Below are positions 41,901-54,945 of a stretch of DNA of 64,000 nt, one piece after another. The notes beneath the pieces are model-generated. The model was not told the origin of the DNA. It worked only from the letters and a program-made list of their open reading frames with translations, and did no database searches. How positions within the stretch are numbered: the first letter of the stretch is position 1; each line of letters begins with the position of its first letter. The position numbers were made by a program, and so were the translations under genes. The DNA comes from Auanema rhodensis (taxonomy: Eukaryota > Animalia > Nematoda), in assembly GCA_964057225.1 (NCBI GenBank), contig OZ059900.1, positions 21,142,001 to 21,206,000 of the forward strand, in the 5' to 3' direction.

Positions 41901-42660
41901 AAATCGTAAGTCAAAACCTTGTTTACAGCGAAATTTCCAAAAACTGGTTTTCCAGCATAATAAAATATTTCTCATGGGTATTACTGTGTTTTTGTATTTT
42001 TCTAGTGTTCAGCATGTAAAATGCTTCATTTTAGTATGTAACACGCTGAAATTCGTTGCATTTGACGACTCATATGAACAAAAATCGATTTAATCAATAT
42101 TAGCCATAAGGGGCGTGCCCTCAGAATATGCTAATTTCCTTAATTTTCTAACCCCTGTTTTTTTGTCGTGAAAGTGGAACTAGACGTTGTACGAACAATT
42201 TTGAGCTAGGTTTCATTGACATTGCATGAGTTTGAACACATGAAATCGTAAGTCAAAACCTTGTTTACAGCGAAATTTCCAAAAACTGGTTTTCCAGCAT
42301 AATAAAATATTTCTCATGGGAAATACTGTGTTTTTGTATTTTTCTAGTGTTCAGCATGTAAAATGCTTCATTTTAGTATGTAACACGCTGAAATTCGTTG
42401 CATTTGACGACTCATATGAACAAAAATCGATTTAATCAATATTAGCCATAAGGGGCGTGCCCTCAGAATATGCTAATTTCCTTAATTTTCTAACCCCTGT
42501 TTTTTTTTAGTCGTGAAAGTGGAACCAGACGTTGTACAAACAATTTTGAGCTAGGTTTCATTGACATTGCATGAGTTTGAACACATGAAATCGTAAGTCA
42601 AAACCTTGTTTACAGCGAAATTTCCAAAAACTGGTTTTCCAGCATAATAAAATATTTCTC
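32955..42660 (-). repeat. Tandem duplication of a 14-monomer unit (4794 bp = 14x342+6)
   Basis: T9-A indel alleles at 33950/38744 and 37715/42509, GGGTATTA at 33078/37872, GACATTGTATTAAC at 37050/41844; the intervening variant order matches. Confidence 0.88.
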
Positions 42661-45600
42661 ATGGGAAATACTGTGTTTTTGTATTTTTCTAGTGTTCAGC
42701 ATGTGAAATGCTTCATTTTAGTATGTAACACGCTGAAATTCGTTGCATTTTACGACTCATATGAACAAAAATCGATTTAATCAATATTAGCCATAAGGGG
42801 CGTGCCCTCAGAATATGCTAATTTCCTTAATTTTCTAACCCCTGTTTTTTAGTCGTGAAAGTGGAACTAGACGTTGTACGAACAATTTTGAGCTAGGTTT
42901 CATTGACATTGCATGAGTTTGAACACATGAAATCGTAAGTCAAAACCTTGTTTACAGCGAAATTTCCAAAAACTGGTTTTCCAGCATAATAAAATATTTC
43001 TCATGGGAAATACTGTGTTTTTGTATTTTTCTAGTGTTCAGCATGTAAAATGCTTCATTTTAGTATGTAACACGCTGAAATTCGTTGCATTTGACGACTC
43101 ATATGAACAAAAATCGATTTAATCAATATTAGCCATAAGGGGCGTGCCCTCAGAATATGCTAATTTCCTTAATTTTCTAACCCCTGTTTTTTTTTAGTCG
43201 TGAAAGTGGAACCAGACGTTGTACAAACAATTTTGAGCTAGGTTTCATTGACATTGCATGAGTTTGAACACATGAAATCGTAAGTCAAAACCTTGTTTAC
43301 AGCGAAATTTCCAAAAACTGGTTTTCCAGCATAATAAAATATTTCTCATGGGAAATACTGTGTTTTTGTATTTTTCTAGTGTTCAGCATGTGAAATGCTT
43401 CATTTTAGTATGTAACACGCTGAAATTCGTTGCATTTGACGACTCATATGAACAAAAATCGATTTAATCAATATTAGCCATAAGGGGCGTGCCCTCAGAA
43501 TATGCTAATTTCCTTAATTTTCTAACCCCTGTTTTTTAGTCGTGAAAGTGGAACTAGACGTTGTACGAACAATTTTGAGCTAGGTTTCATTGACATTGCA
43601 TGAGTTTGAACACATGAAATCGTAAGTCAAAACCTTGTTTACAGCGAAATTTCCAAAAACTGGTTTTCCAGCATAATAAAATATTTCTCATGGGAAATAC
43701 TGTGTTTTTGTATTTTTCTAGTGTTCAGCATGTAAAATGCTTCATTTTAGTATGTAACACGCTGAAATTCGTTGCATTTGACGACTCATATGAACAAAAA
43801 TCGATTTAATCAATATTAGCCATAAAGGGCGTGCCCTCAGAATATGCTAATTTCCTTAATTTTCTAACCCCTGTTTTTTTGTCGTGAAAGTGGAACTAGA
43901 CATTGTATTAACAATTTTGAGCTAGGTTTCATTGACATTGCATGAGTTTGAACACATGAAATCGTAAGTCAAAACCTTGTTTACAGCGAAATTTCCAAAA
44001 ACTGGTTTTCCAGCATAATAAAATATTTCTCATGGGTATTACTGTGTTTTTGTATTTTTCTAGTGTTCAGCATGTAAAATGCTTCATTTTAGTATGTAAC
44101 ACGCTGAAATTCGTTGCATTTGACGACTCATATGAACAAAAATCGATTTAATCAATATTAGCCATAAGGGGCGTGCCCTCAGAATATGCTAATTTCCTTA
44201 ATTTTCTAACCCCTGTTTTTTTGTCGTGAAAGTGGAACTAGACGTTGTACGAACAATTTTGAGCTAGGTTTCATTGACATTGCATGAGTTTGAACACATG
44301 AAATCGTAAGTCAAAACCTTGTTTACAGCGAAATTTCCAAAAACTGGTTTTCCAGCATAATAAAATATTTCTCATGGGAAATACTGTGTTTTTGTATTTT
44401 TCTAGTGTTCAGCATGTAAAATGCTTCATTTTAGTATGTAACACGCTGAAATTCGTTGCATTTGACGACTCATATGAACAAAAATCGATTTAATCAATAT
44501 TAGCCATAAGGGGCGTGCCCTCAGAATATGCTAATTTCCTTAATTTTCTAACCCCTGTTTTTTTGTCGTGAAAGTGGAACCAGACGTTGTACGAACAATT
44601 TTGAGCTAGGTTTCATTGACATTGCATGAGTTTGAACACATGAAATCGTAAGTCAAAACCTTGTTTACAGCGAAATTTCCAAAAACTGGTTTTCCAGCAT
44701 AATAAAATATTTCTCATGGGTATTACTGTGTTTTTGTATTTTTCTAGTGTTCAGCATGTGAAATGCTTCATTTTAGTATGTAACACGCTGAAATTCGTTG
44801 CATTTGACGACTCATATGAACAAAAATCGATTTAATCAATATTAGCCATAAAGGGCGTGCCCTCAGAATATGCTAATTTCCTTAATTTTCTAACCCCTGT
44901 TTTTTTGTCGTGAAAGTGGAACTAGACGTTGTAGGAACAATTTTGAGCTAGGTTTCATTGACATTGCATGAGTTTGAACACATGAAATCGTAAGTCAAAA
45001 CCTTGTTTACAGCGAAATTTCCAAAAACTGGTTTTCCAGCATAATAAAATATTTCTCATGGGAAATACTGTGTTTTTGTATTTTTCTAGTGTTCAGCATG
45101 TAAAATGCTTCATTTTAGTATGTAACACGCTGAAATTCGTTGCATTTGACGACTCATATGAACAAAAATCGATTTAATCAATATTAGCCATAAGGGGCGT
45201 GCCCTCAGAATATGCTAATTTCCTTAATTTTCTAACCCCTGTTTTTTTGTCGTGAAAGTGGAACTAGACGTTGTACGAACAATTTTGAGCTAGGTTTCAT
45301 TGACATTGCATGAGTTTGAACACATGAAATCGTAAGTCAAAACCTTGTTTACAGCGAAATTTCCAAAAACTGGTTTTCCAGCATAATAAAATATTTCTCA
45401 TGGGAAATACTGTGTTTTTGTATTTTTCTAGTGTTCAGCATGTGAAATGCTTCATTTTAGTATGTAACACGCTGAAATTCGTTGCATTTGACGACTCATA
45501 TGAACAAAAATCGATTTAATCAATATTAGCCATAAGGGGCGTGCCCTCAGAATATGCTAATTTCCTTAATTTTCTAACCCCTGTTTTTTTGTCGTGAAAG

Positions 45601-48600
45601 TGGAACCAGACGTTGTACGAACAATTTTGAGCTAGGTTTCATTGACATTGCATGAGTTTGAACACATGAAATCGTAAGTCAAAACCTTGTTTACAGCGAA
45701 ATTTCCAAAAACTGGTTTTCCAGCATAATAAAATATTTCTCATGGGTATTACTGTGTTTTTGTATTTTTCTAGTGTTCAGCATGTGAAATGCTTCATTTT
45801 AGTATGTAACACGCTGAAATTCGTTGCATTTGACGACTCATATGAACAAAAATCGATTTAATCAATATTAGCCATAAGGGGCGTGCCCTCAGAATATGCT
45901 AATTTCCTTAATTTTCTAACCCCTGTTTTTTTGTCGTGAAAGTGGAACTAGACGTTGTAGGAACAATTTTGAGCTAGGTTTCATTGACATTGCATGAGTT
46001 TGAACACATGAAATCGTAAGTCAAAACCTTGTTTACAGCGAAATTTTCAAAAACTGGTTTTCCAGCATAATAAAATATTTCTCATGGGAAATACTGTGTT
46101 TTTGTATTTTTCTAGTGTTCAGCATGTAAAATGCTTCATTTTAGTATGTAACACGCTGAAATTCGTTGCATTTGACGACTCATATGAACAAAAATCGATT
46201 TAATCAATATTAGCCATAAGGGGCGTGCCCTCAGAATATGCTAATTTCCTTAATTTTCTAACCCCTGTTTTTTTGTCGTGAAAGTGGAACTAGACGTTGT
46301 ACGAACAATTTTGAGCTAGGTTTCATTGACATTGCATGAGTTTGAACACATGAAATCGTAAGTCAAAACCTTGTTTACAGCGAAATTTCCAAAAACTGGT
46401 TTTCCAGCATAATAAAATATTTCTCATGGGAAATACTGTGTTTTTGTATTTTTCTAGTGTTCAGCATGTAAAATGCTTCATTTTAGTATGTAACACGCTG
46501 AAATTCGTTGCATTTGACGACTCATATGAACAAAAATCGATTTAATCAATATTAGCCATAAAGGGCGTGCCCTCAGAATATGCTAATTTCCTTAATTTTC
46601 TAACCCCTGTTTTTTTGTCGTGAAAGTGGAACTAGACATTGTATTAACAATTTTGAGCTAGGTTTCATTGACATTGCATGAGTTTGAACACATGAAATCG
46701 TAAGTCAAAACCTTGTTTACAGCGAAATTTCCAAAAACTGGTTTTCCAGCATAATAAAATATTTCTCATGGGTATTACTGTGTTTTTGTATTTTTCTAGT
46801 GTTCAGCATGTAAAATGCTTCATTTTAGTATGTAACACGCTGAAATTCGTTGCATTTGACGACTCATATGAACAAAAATCGATTTAATCAATATTAGCCA
46901 TAAGGGGCGTGCCCTCAGAATATGCTAATTTCCTTAATTTTCTAACCCCTGTTTTTTTGTCGTGAAAGTGGAACTAGACGTTGTACGAACAATTTTGAGC
47001 TAGGTTTCATTGACATTGCATGAGTTTGAACACATGAAATCGTAAGTCAAAACCTTGTTTACAGCGAAATTTCCAAAAACTGGTTTTCCAGCATAATAAA
47101 ATATTTCTCATGGGAAATACTGTGTTTTTGTATTTTTCTAGTGTTCAGCATGTAAAATGCTTCATTTTAGTATGTAACACGCTGAAATTCGTTGCATTTG
47201 ACGACTCATATGAACAAAAATCGATTTAATCAATATTAGCCATAAGGGGCGTGCCCTCAGAATATGCTAATTTCCTTAATTTTCTAACCCCTGTTTTTTT
47301 GTCGTGAAAGTGGAACTAGACGTTGTACGAACAATTTTGAGCTAGGTTTCATTGACATTGCATGAGTTTGAACACATGAAATCGTAAGTCAAAACCTTGT
47401 TTACAGCGAAATTTCCAAAAACTGGTTTTCCAACATATTAAAATATTTCTCATGGGAAATACTGTGTTTTTGTATTTTTCTAGTGTTCAGCATGTAAAAT
47501 GCTTCATTTTAGTATGTAACACGCTGAAATTCGTTGCATTTGACGACTCATATGAACAAAAATCGATTTAATCAATATTAGCCATAAGGGGCGTGCCCTC
47601 AGAATATGCTAATTCCCTTAATTTTCTAACCCCTGTTTTTTTGTCGTGAAAGTGGGACTAGACGTTGTACGAACATTTTTTTGCTAGGTTTCATTGACAT
47701 TGCATAAGTTTGAACACATGAAATCGTAAGTCAAAACCTTGTTTACAGCGAAATTTCCAAAAACTGGTTTTCCAGCATAATAAAATATTTCTCATGGGAA
47801 ATACTGTGTTTTTGTATTTTTCTAGTGTTCAGCATGTAAAATGCTTCATTTTAGTATGTAACACGCTGAAATTCGTTGCATTTGACGACTCATATGAACA
47901 AAAATCGATTTAATCAATATTAGCCATAAGGGGCGTGCCCTCAGAATATGCTAATTCCCTTAATTTTCTAACCCCTGTTTTTTTGTCGTGAAAGTGGGAC
48001 TAGACGTTGTACGAACAATTTTTTGCTAGGTTTCATTGACATTGCATAAGTTTGAACACATGAAATCGTAAGTCAAAACCTTGTTTACAGCGAAATTTCC
48101 AAAAACTGGTTTTCCAGCATAATAAAATATTTCTCATGGGAAATACTGTGTTTTTGTATTTTTCTAGTGTTCAGCATGTAAAATGCTTCATTTTAGTATG
48201 TAACACGCTGAAATTCGTAGCATTTGACGACTCATATGAACAAAAATCGATTTAATCAATATTAGCCATAAGGGGCGTGCCCTCAGAATATGCTAATTTC
48301 CTTAATTTTCTAACCCCTGTTTTTTTGTCGTGAAAGTGGAACTAGACGTTGTACGAACAATTTTGAGCTAGGTTTCATTGACATTGCATGAGTTTGAACA
48401 CATGAAATCGTAAGTCAAAACCTTGTTTACAGCGAAATTTCCAAAAACTGGTTTTCCAGCATAATAAAATATTTCTCATGGGTATTACTGTGTTTTTGTA
48501 TTTTTCTAGTGTTCAGCATGTAAAATGCTTCATTTTAGTATGTAACACGCTGAAATTCGTTGCATTTGACGACTCATATGAACAAAAATCGATTTAATCA

Positions 48601-51600
48601 ATATTAGCCATAAGGGGCGTGCCCTCAGAATATGCTAATTTCCTTAATTTTCTAACCCCTGTTTTTTTGTCGTGAAAGTGGAACTAGACGTTGTACGAAC
48701 AATTTTGAGCTAGGTTTCATTGACATTGCATGAGTTTGAACACATGAAATCGTAAGTCAAAACCTTGTTTACAGCGAAATTTCCAAAAACTGGTTTTCCA
48801 GCATAATAAAATATTTCTCATGGGAAATACTGTGTTTTTGTATTTTTCTAGTGTTCAGCATGTGAAATGCTTCATTTGTGTATGTAACACGCTGAAATTC
48901 GTTGCATTTGACGACTCATATGAACAAAAATCGATTTAATCAATATTAGCCATAAGGGGCGTGCCCTCAGAATATGCTAATTTCCTTAATTTTCTAACCC
49001 CTGTTTTTTTGTCGTGAAAGTGGAACTAGACGTTGTACGAACAATTTTGAGCTAGGTTTCATTGACATTGCATGAGTTTGAACACATGAAATCGTAAGTC
49101 AAAACCTTGTTTACAGCGAAATTTCCAAAAACTGGTTTTCCAGCATAATAAAATATTTCTCATGGGAAATACTGTGTTTTTGTATTTTTCTAGTGTTCAG
49201 CATGTGAAATGCTTCATTTGCGTATGTAACACGCTGAAATTCGTTGCATTTGACGACTCATATGAACAAAAATCGATTTAATCAATATTAGCCATAAGGG
49301 GCGTGCCCTCAGAATATGCTAATTTCCTTAATTTTCTAACCCCTGTTTTTTTGTCGTGAAAGTGGAACTAGACGTTGTACGAACAATTTTGAGCTAGGTT
49401 TCATTGACATTGCATGAGTTTGAACACATGAAATCGTAAGTCAAAACCTTGTTTACAGCGAAATTTCCAAAAACTGGTTTTCCAGCATAATAAAATATTT
49501 CTCATGGGAAATACTGTGTTTTTGTATTTTTCTAGTGTTCAGCATGTAAAATGCTTCATTTTAGTATGTAACACGCTGAAATTCGTTGCATTTGACGACT
49601 CATATGAACAAAAATCGATTTAATCAATATTAGCCATAAGGGGCGTGCCCTCAGAATATGCTAATTTCCTTAATTTTCTAACCCCTGTTTTTTTGTCGTG
49701 AAAGTGGAACTAGACGTTGTACGAACAATTTTGAGCTAGGTTTCATTGACATTGCATGAGTTTGAACACATGAAATCGTAAGTCAAAACCTTGTTTACAG
49801 CGAAATTTCCAAAAACTGGTTTTCCAGCATAATAAAATATTTCTCATGGGTATTACTGTGTTTTTGTATTTTTCTAGTGTTCAGCATGTAAAATGCTTCA
49901 TTTTAGTATGTAACACGCTGAAATTCGTTGCATTTGACGACTCATATGAACAAAAATCGATTTAATCAATATTAGCCATAAGGGGCGTGCCCTCAGAATA
50001 TGCTAATTTCCTTAATTTTCTAACCCCTGTTTTTTTGTCGTGAAAGTGGAACTAGACGTTGTACGAACAATTTTGAGCTAGGTTTCATTGACATTGCATG
50101 AGTTTGAACACATGAAATCGTAAGTCAAAACCTTGTTTACAGCGAAATTTCCAAAAACTGGTTTTCCAGCATAATAAAATATTTCTCATGGGAAATACTG
50201 TGTTTTTGTATTTTTCTAGTGTTCAGCATGTGAAATGCTTCATTTGCGTATGTAACACGCTGAAATTCGTTGCATTTGACGACTCATATGAACAAAAATC
50301 GATTTAATCAATATTAGCCATAAGGGGCGTGCCCTCAGAATATGCTAATTTCCTTAATTTTCTAACCCCTGTTTTTTTGTCGTGAAAGTGGAACTAGACG
50401 TTGTACGAACAATTTTGAGCTAGGTTTCATTGACATTGCATGAGTTTGAACACATGAAATCGTAAGTCAAAACCTTGTTTACAGCGAAATTTCCAAAAAC
50501 TGGTTTTCCAGCATAATAAAATATTTCTCATGGGAAATACTGTGTTTTTGTATTTTTCTAGTGTTCAGCATGTGAAATGCTTCATTTGCGTATGTAACAC
50601 GCTGAAATTCGTTGCATTTGACGACTCATATGAACAAAAATCGATTTAATCAATATTAGCCATAAGGGGCGTGCCCTCAGAATATGCTAATTTCCTTAAT
50701 TTTCTAACCCCTGTTTTTTTGTCGTGAAAGTGGAACTAGACGTTGTACGAACAATTTTGAGCTAGGTTTCATTGACATTGCATGAGTTTGAACACATGAA
50801 ATCGTAAGTCAAAACCTTGTTTACAGCGAAATTTCCAAAAACTGGTTTTCCAGCATAATAAAATATTTCTCATGGGAAATACTGTGTTTTTGTATTTTTC
50901 TAGTGTTCAGCATGTAAAATGCTTCATTTTAGTATGTAACACGCTGAAATTCGTTGCATTTGACGACTCATATGAACAAAAATCGATTTAATCAATATTA
51001 GCCATAAGGGGCGTGCCCTCAGAATATGCTAATTTCCTTAATTTTCTAACCCCTGTTTTTTTGTCGTGAAAGTGGGACTAGACGTTGTACGAACAATTTT
51101 GAGCTAGGTTTCATTGACATTGCATGAGTTTGAACACATGAAATCGTAAGTCAAAACCTTGTTTACAGCGAAATTTCCAAAAACTGGTTTTCCAGCATAA
51201 TAAAATATTTCTCATGGAAAATACTGTGTTTTTGTATTTTTCTAGTGTTCAGCATGTAAAATGCTTCATTTTAGTATGTAACACGCTGAAATTCGTTGCA
51301 TTTGACGACTCATATGAACAAAAATCGATTTAATCAATATTAGCCATAAGGGGCGTGCCCTCAGAATATGCTAATTCCCTTAATTTTCTAACCCCTGTTT
51401 TTTTGTCGTGAAAGTGGAACTAGACGTTGTACGAACAATTTTGAGCTAGGTTTCATTGACATTGCATGAGTTTGAACACATGAAATCGTAAGTCAAAACC
51501 TTGTTTACAGCGAAATTTCCAAAAACTGGTTTTCCAGCATAATAAAATATTTCTCATGGGAAATACTGTGTTTTTGTATTTTTCTAGTGTTCAGCATGTA

Positions 51601-53825
51601 AAATGCTTCATTTTAGTATGTAACACGCTGAAATTCGTTGCATTTGACGACTCATATGAACAAAAATCGATTTAATCAATATTAGCCATAAGGGGCGTGC
51701 CCTCAGAATATGCTAATTCCCTTAATTTTCTAACCCCTGTTTTTTTGTCGTGAAAGTGGAACTAGACGTTGTACGAACAATTTTGAGCTAGGTTTCATTG
51801 ACATTGCATGAGTTTGAACACATGAAATCGTAAGTCAAAACCTTGTTTACAGCGAAATTTCCAAAAACTGGTTTTCCAGCATAATAAAATATTTCTCATG
51901 GGAAATACTGTGTTTTTGTATTTTTCTAGTGTTCAGCATGTAAAATGCTTCATTTTAGTATGTAACACGCTGAAATTCGTTGCATTTGACGACTCATATG
52001 AACAAAAATCGATTTAATCAATATTAGCCATAAGGGGCGTGCCCTCAGAATATGCTAATTTCCTTAATTTTCTAACCCCTGTTTTTTTGTCGTGAAAGTG
52101 GAACTAGACGTTGTACGAACAATTTTGAGCTAGGTTTCATTGACATTGCATGAGTTTGAACACATGAAATCGTAAGTCAAAACCTTGTTTACAGCGAAAT
52201 TTCCAAAAACTGGTTTTCCAGCATAATAAAATATTTCTCATGGGAAATACTGTGTTTTTGTATTTTTCTAGTGTTCAGCATGTGAAATGCTTCATTTGCG
52301 TATGTAACACGCTGAAATTCGTTGCATTTGACGACTCATATGAACAAAAATCGATTTAATCAATATTAGCCATAAGGGGCGTGCCCTCAGAATATGCTAA
52401 TTTCCTTAATTTTCTAACCCCTGTTTTTTTGTCGTGAAAGTGGAACTAGACGTTGTACGAACAATTTTGAGCTAGGTTTCATTGACATTGCATGAGTTTG
52501 AACACATGAAATCGTAAGTCAAAACCTTGTTTACAGCGAAATTTCCAAAAACTGGTTTTCCAGCATAATAAAATATTTCTCATGGGAAATACTGTGTTTT
52601 TGTATTTTTCTAGTGTTCAGCATGTAAAATGCTTCATTTTAGTATGTAACACGCTGAAATTCGTTGCATTTGACGACTCATATGAACAAAAATCGATTTA
52701 ATCAATATTAGCCATAAGGGGCGTGCCCTCAGAATATGCTAATTTCCTTAATTTTCTAACCCCTGTTTTTTTGTCGTGAAAGTGGGACTAGACGTTGTAC
52801 GAACAATTTTGAGCTAGGTTTCATTGACATTGCATGAGTTTGAACACATGAAATCGTAAGTCAAAACCTTGTTTACAGCGAAATTTCCAAAAACTGGTTT
52901 TCCAGCATAATAAAATATTTCTCATGGAAAATACTGTGTTTTTGTATTTTTCTAGTGTTCAGCATGTAAAATGCTTCATTTTAGTATGTAACACGCTGAA
53001 ATTCGTTGCATTTGACGACTCATATGAACAAAAATCGATTTAATCAATATTAGCCATAAGGGGCGTGCCCTCAGAATATGCTAATTCCCTTAATTTTCTA
53101 ACCCCTGTTTTTTTGTCGTGAAAGTGGAACTAGACGTTGTACGAACAATTTTGAGCTAGGTTTCATTGACATTGCATGAGTTTGAACACATGAAATCGTA
53201 AGTCAAAACCTTGTTTACAGCGAAATTTCCAAAAACTGGTTTTCCAGCATAATAAAATATTTCTCATGGGAAATACTGTGTTTTTGTATTTTTCTAGTGT
53301 TCAGCATGTAAAATGCTTCATTTTAGTATGTAACACGCTGAAATTCGTTGCATTTGACGACTCATATGAACAAAAATCGATTTAATCAATATTAGCCATA
53401 AGGGGCGTGCCCTCAGAATATGCTAATTCCCTTAATTTTCTAACCCCTGTTTTTTTGTCGTGAAAGTGGAACTAGACGTTGTACGAACAATTTTGAGCTA
53501 GGTTTCATTGACATTGCATGAGTTTGAACACATGAAATCGTAAGTCAAAACCTTGTTTACAGCGAAATTTCCAAAAACTGGTTTTCCAGCATAATAAAAT
53601 ATTTCTCATGGGAAATACTGTGTTTTTGTATTTTTCTAGTGTTCAGCATGTAAAATGCTTCATTTTAGTATGTAACACGCTGAAATTCGTTGCATTTGAC
53701 GACTCATATGAACAAAAATCGATTTAATCAATATTAGCTATAAGGGGCGTGCCCTCAGAATATGCTAATTTCCTTAATTTTCTAACTCCTGTTTTTTTGT
53801 CGTGAAAGTGGGACTAGACGTTGTA

Positions 53826-53850
53826 CGAACAATTTTTACAAAAACACAGT
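53826..53850. other. Orientation junction J2 (reverse pos 142 to forward pos 6; essentially blunt)
   Basis: ...GTACGAACAATTTT|TACAAAAACACAG... with the break at 53836/53837. Confidence 0.95.
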
Positions 53851-54931
53851 ATTTCCCATGAGAAATATTTTATTATGCTGGAAAACCAGTTTTTGGAAAT
53901 TTCGCTGTAAACAAGGTTTTGACTTACGATTTCATGTGTTCAAACTCATGCAATGTCAATGAAACCTAGCTCAAAATTGTTTGTACAACGTCTAGTTTCA
54001 CTTTCACGACAAAAAAACAGGGGTTAGAAAATTAAGGGAATTAGCATATTCTGAGGGCACGCCCCTTATGGCTAATATTGATTAAATCGATTTTTGTTCA
54101 TATGAGTCGTCAAATGCAACGAATTTCAGCGTGTTACATACTAAAATGAAGCATTTTACATGCTGAACACTAGAAAAATACAAAAACACAGTATTTCCCA
54201 TGAGAAATATTTTATTATGCTGGAAAACCAGTTTTTGGAAATTTCGCTGTAAACAAGGTTTTGACTTACGATTTCATGTGTTCAAACTCATGCAATGTCA
54301 ATGAAACCTAGCTCAAAATTGTTTGTACAACGTCTAGTTTCACTTTCACGACAAAAAAACAGGGGTTAGAAAATTAAGGGAATTAGCATATTCTGAGGGC
54401 ACGCCCCTTATGGCTAATATTGATTAAATCGATTTTTGTTCATATGAGTCGTCAAATGCAACGAATTTCAGCGTGTTACATACTAAAATGAAGCATTTTA
54501 CATGCTGAACACTAGAAAAATACAAAAACACAGTATTTCCCATGAGAAATATTTTATTATGCTGGAAAACCAGTTTTTGGAAATTTCGCTGTAAACACGG
54601 TTTTGACTTACGATTTCATGTGTTCAAACTTATGCAATGTCAATGAAACCTAGCAAAAAATTGTTCGTACAACGTCTAGTCCCACTTTCACGACAAAAAA
54701 ACAGGGGTTAGAAAATTAAGGGAATTAGCATATTCTGAGGGCACGCCCCTTATGGCTAATATTGATTAAATCGATTTTTGTTCATATGAGTCGTCAAATG
54801 CAACGAATTTCAGCGTGTTACATACTAAAATGAAGCATTTTACATGCTGAACACTAGAAAAATACAAAAACACAGTATTTCCCATGAGAAATATTTTATT
54901 ATGCTGGAAAACCAGTTTTTGGAAATTTCGC
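53837..54931 (+). repeat. Short forward block 2 (monomer pos 6 to pos 74, ~3.2 monomers)
   Basis: 1095 bp = 337+342+342+74. Starts TACAAAAACACAG, ends GGAAATTTCGC. Confidence 0.96.
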
Positions 54932-54945
54932 CATAAGAGGCGTGC
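54921..54945. other. Orientation junction J3 (forward pos 74 to reverse pos 241; 2-bp GC microhomology at 54930-54931)
   Basis: ...GGAAATTTC[GC]CATAAGAGGCGTG... Confidence 0.95.

Larger units (their letters stand above)
12665..53836 (-). repeat. Reverse block 1: 119 full monomers plus partials (starts at monomer pos 252, ends at pos 142)
   Basis: Reverse complement of the monomer. Length 41172 = 252 + 119x342 + 201 + 7x3, matching seven observed 3-bp poly-T insertions. Confidence 0.96.
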
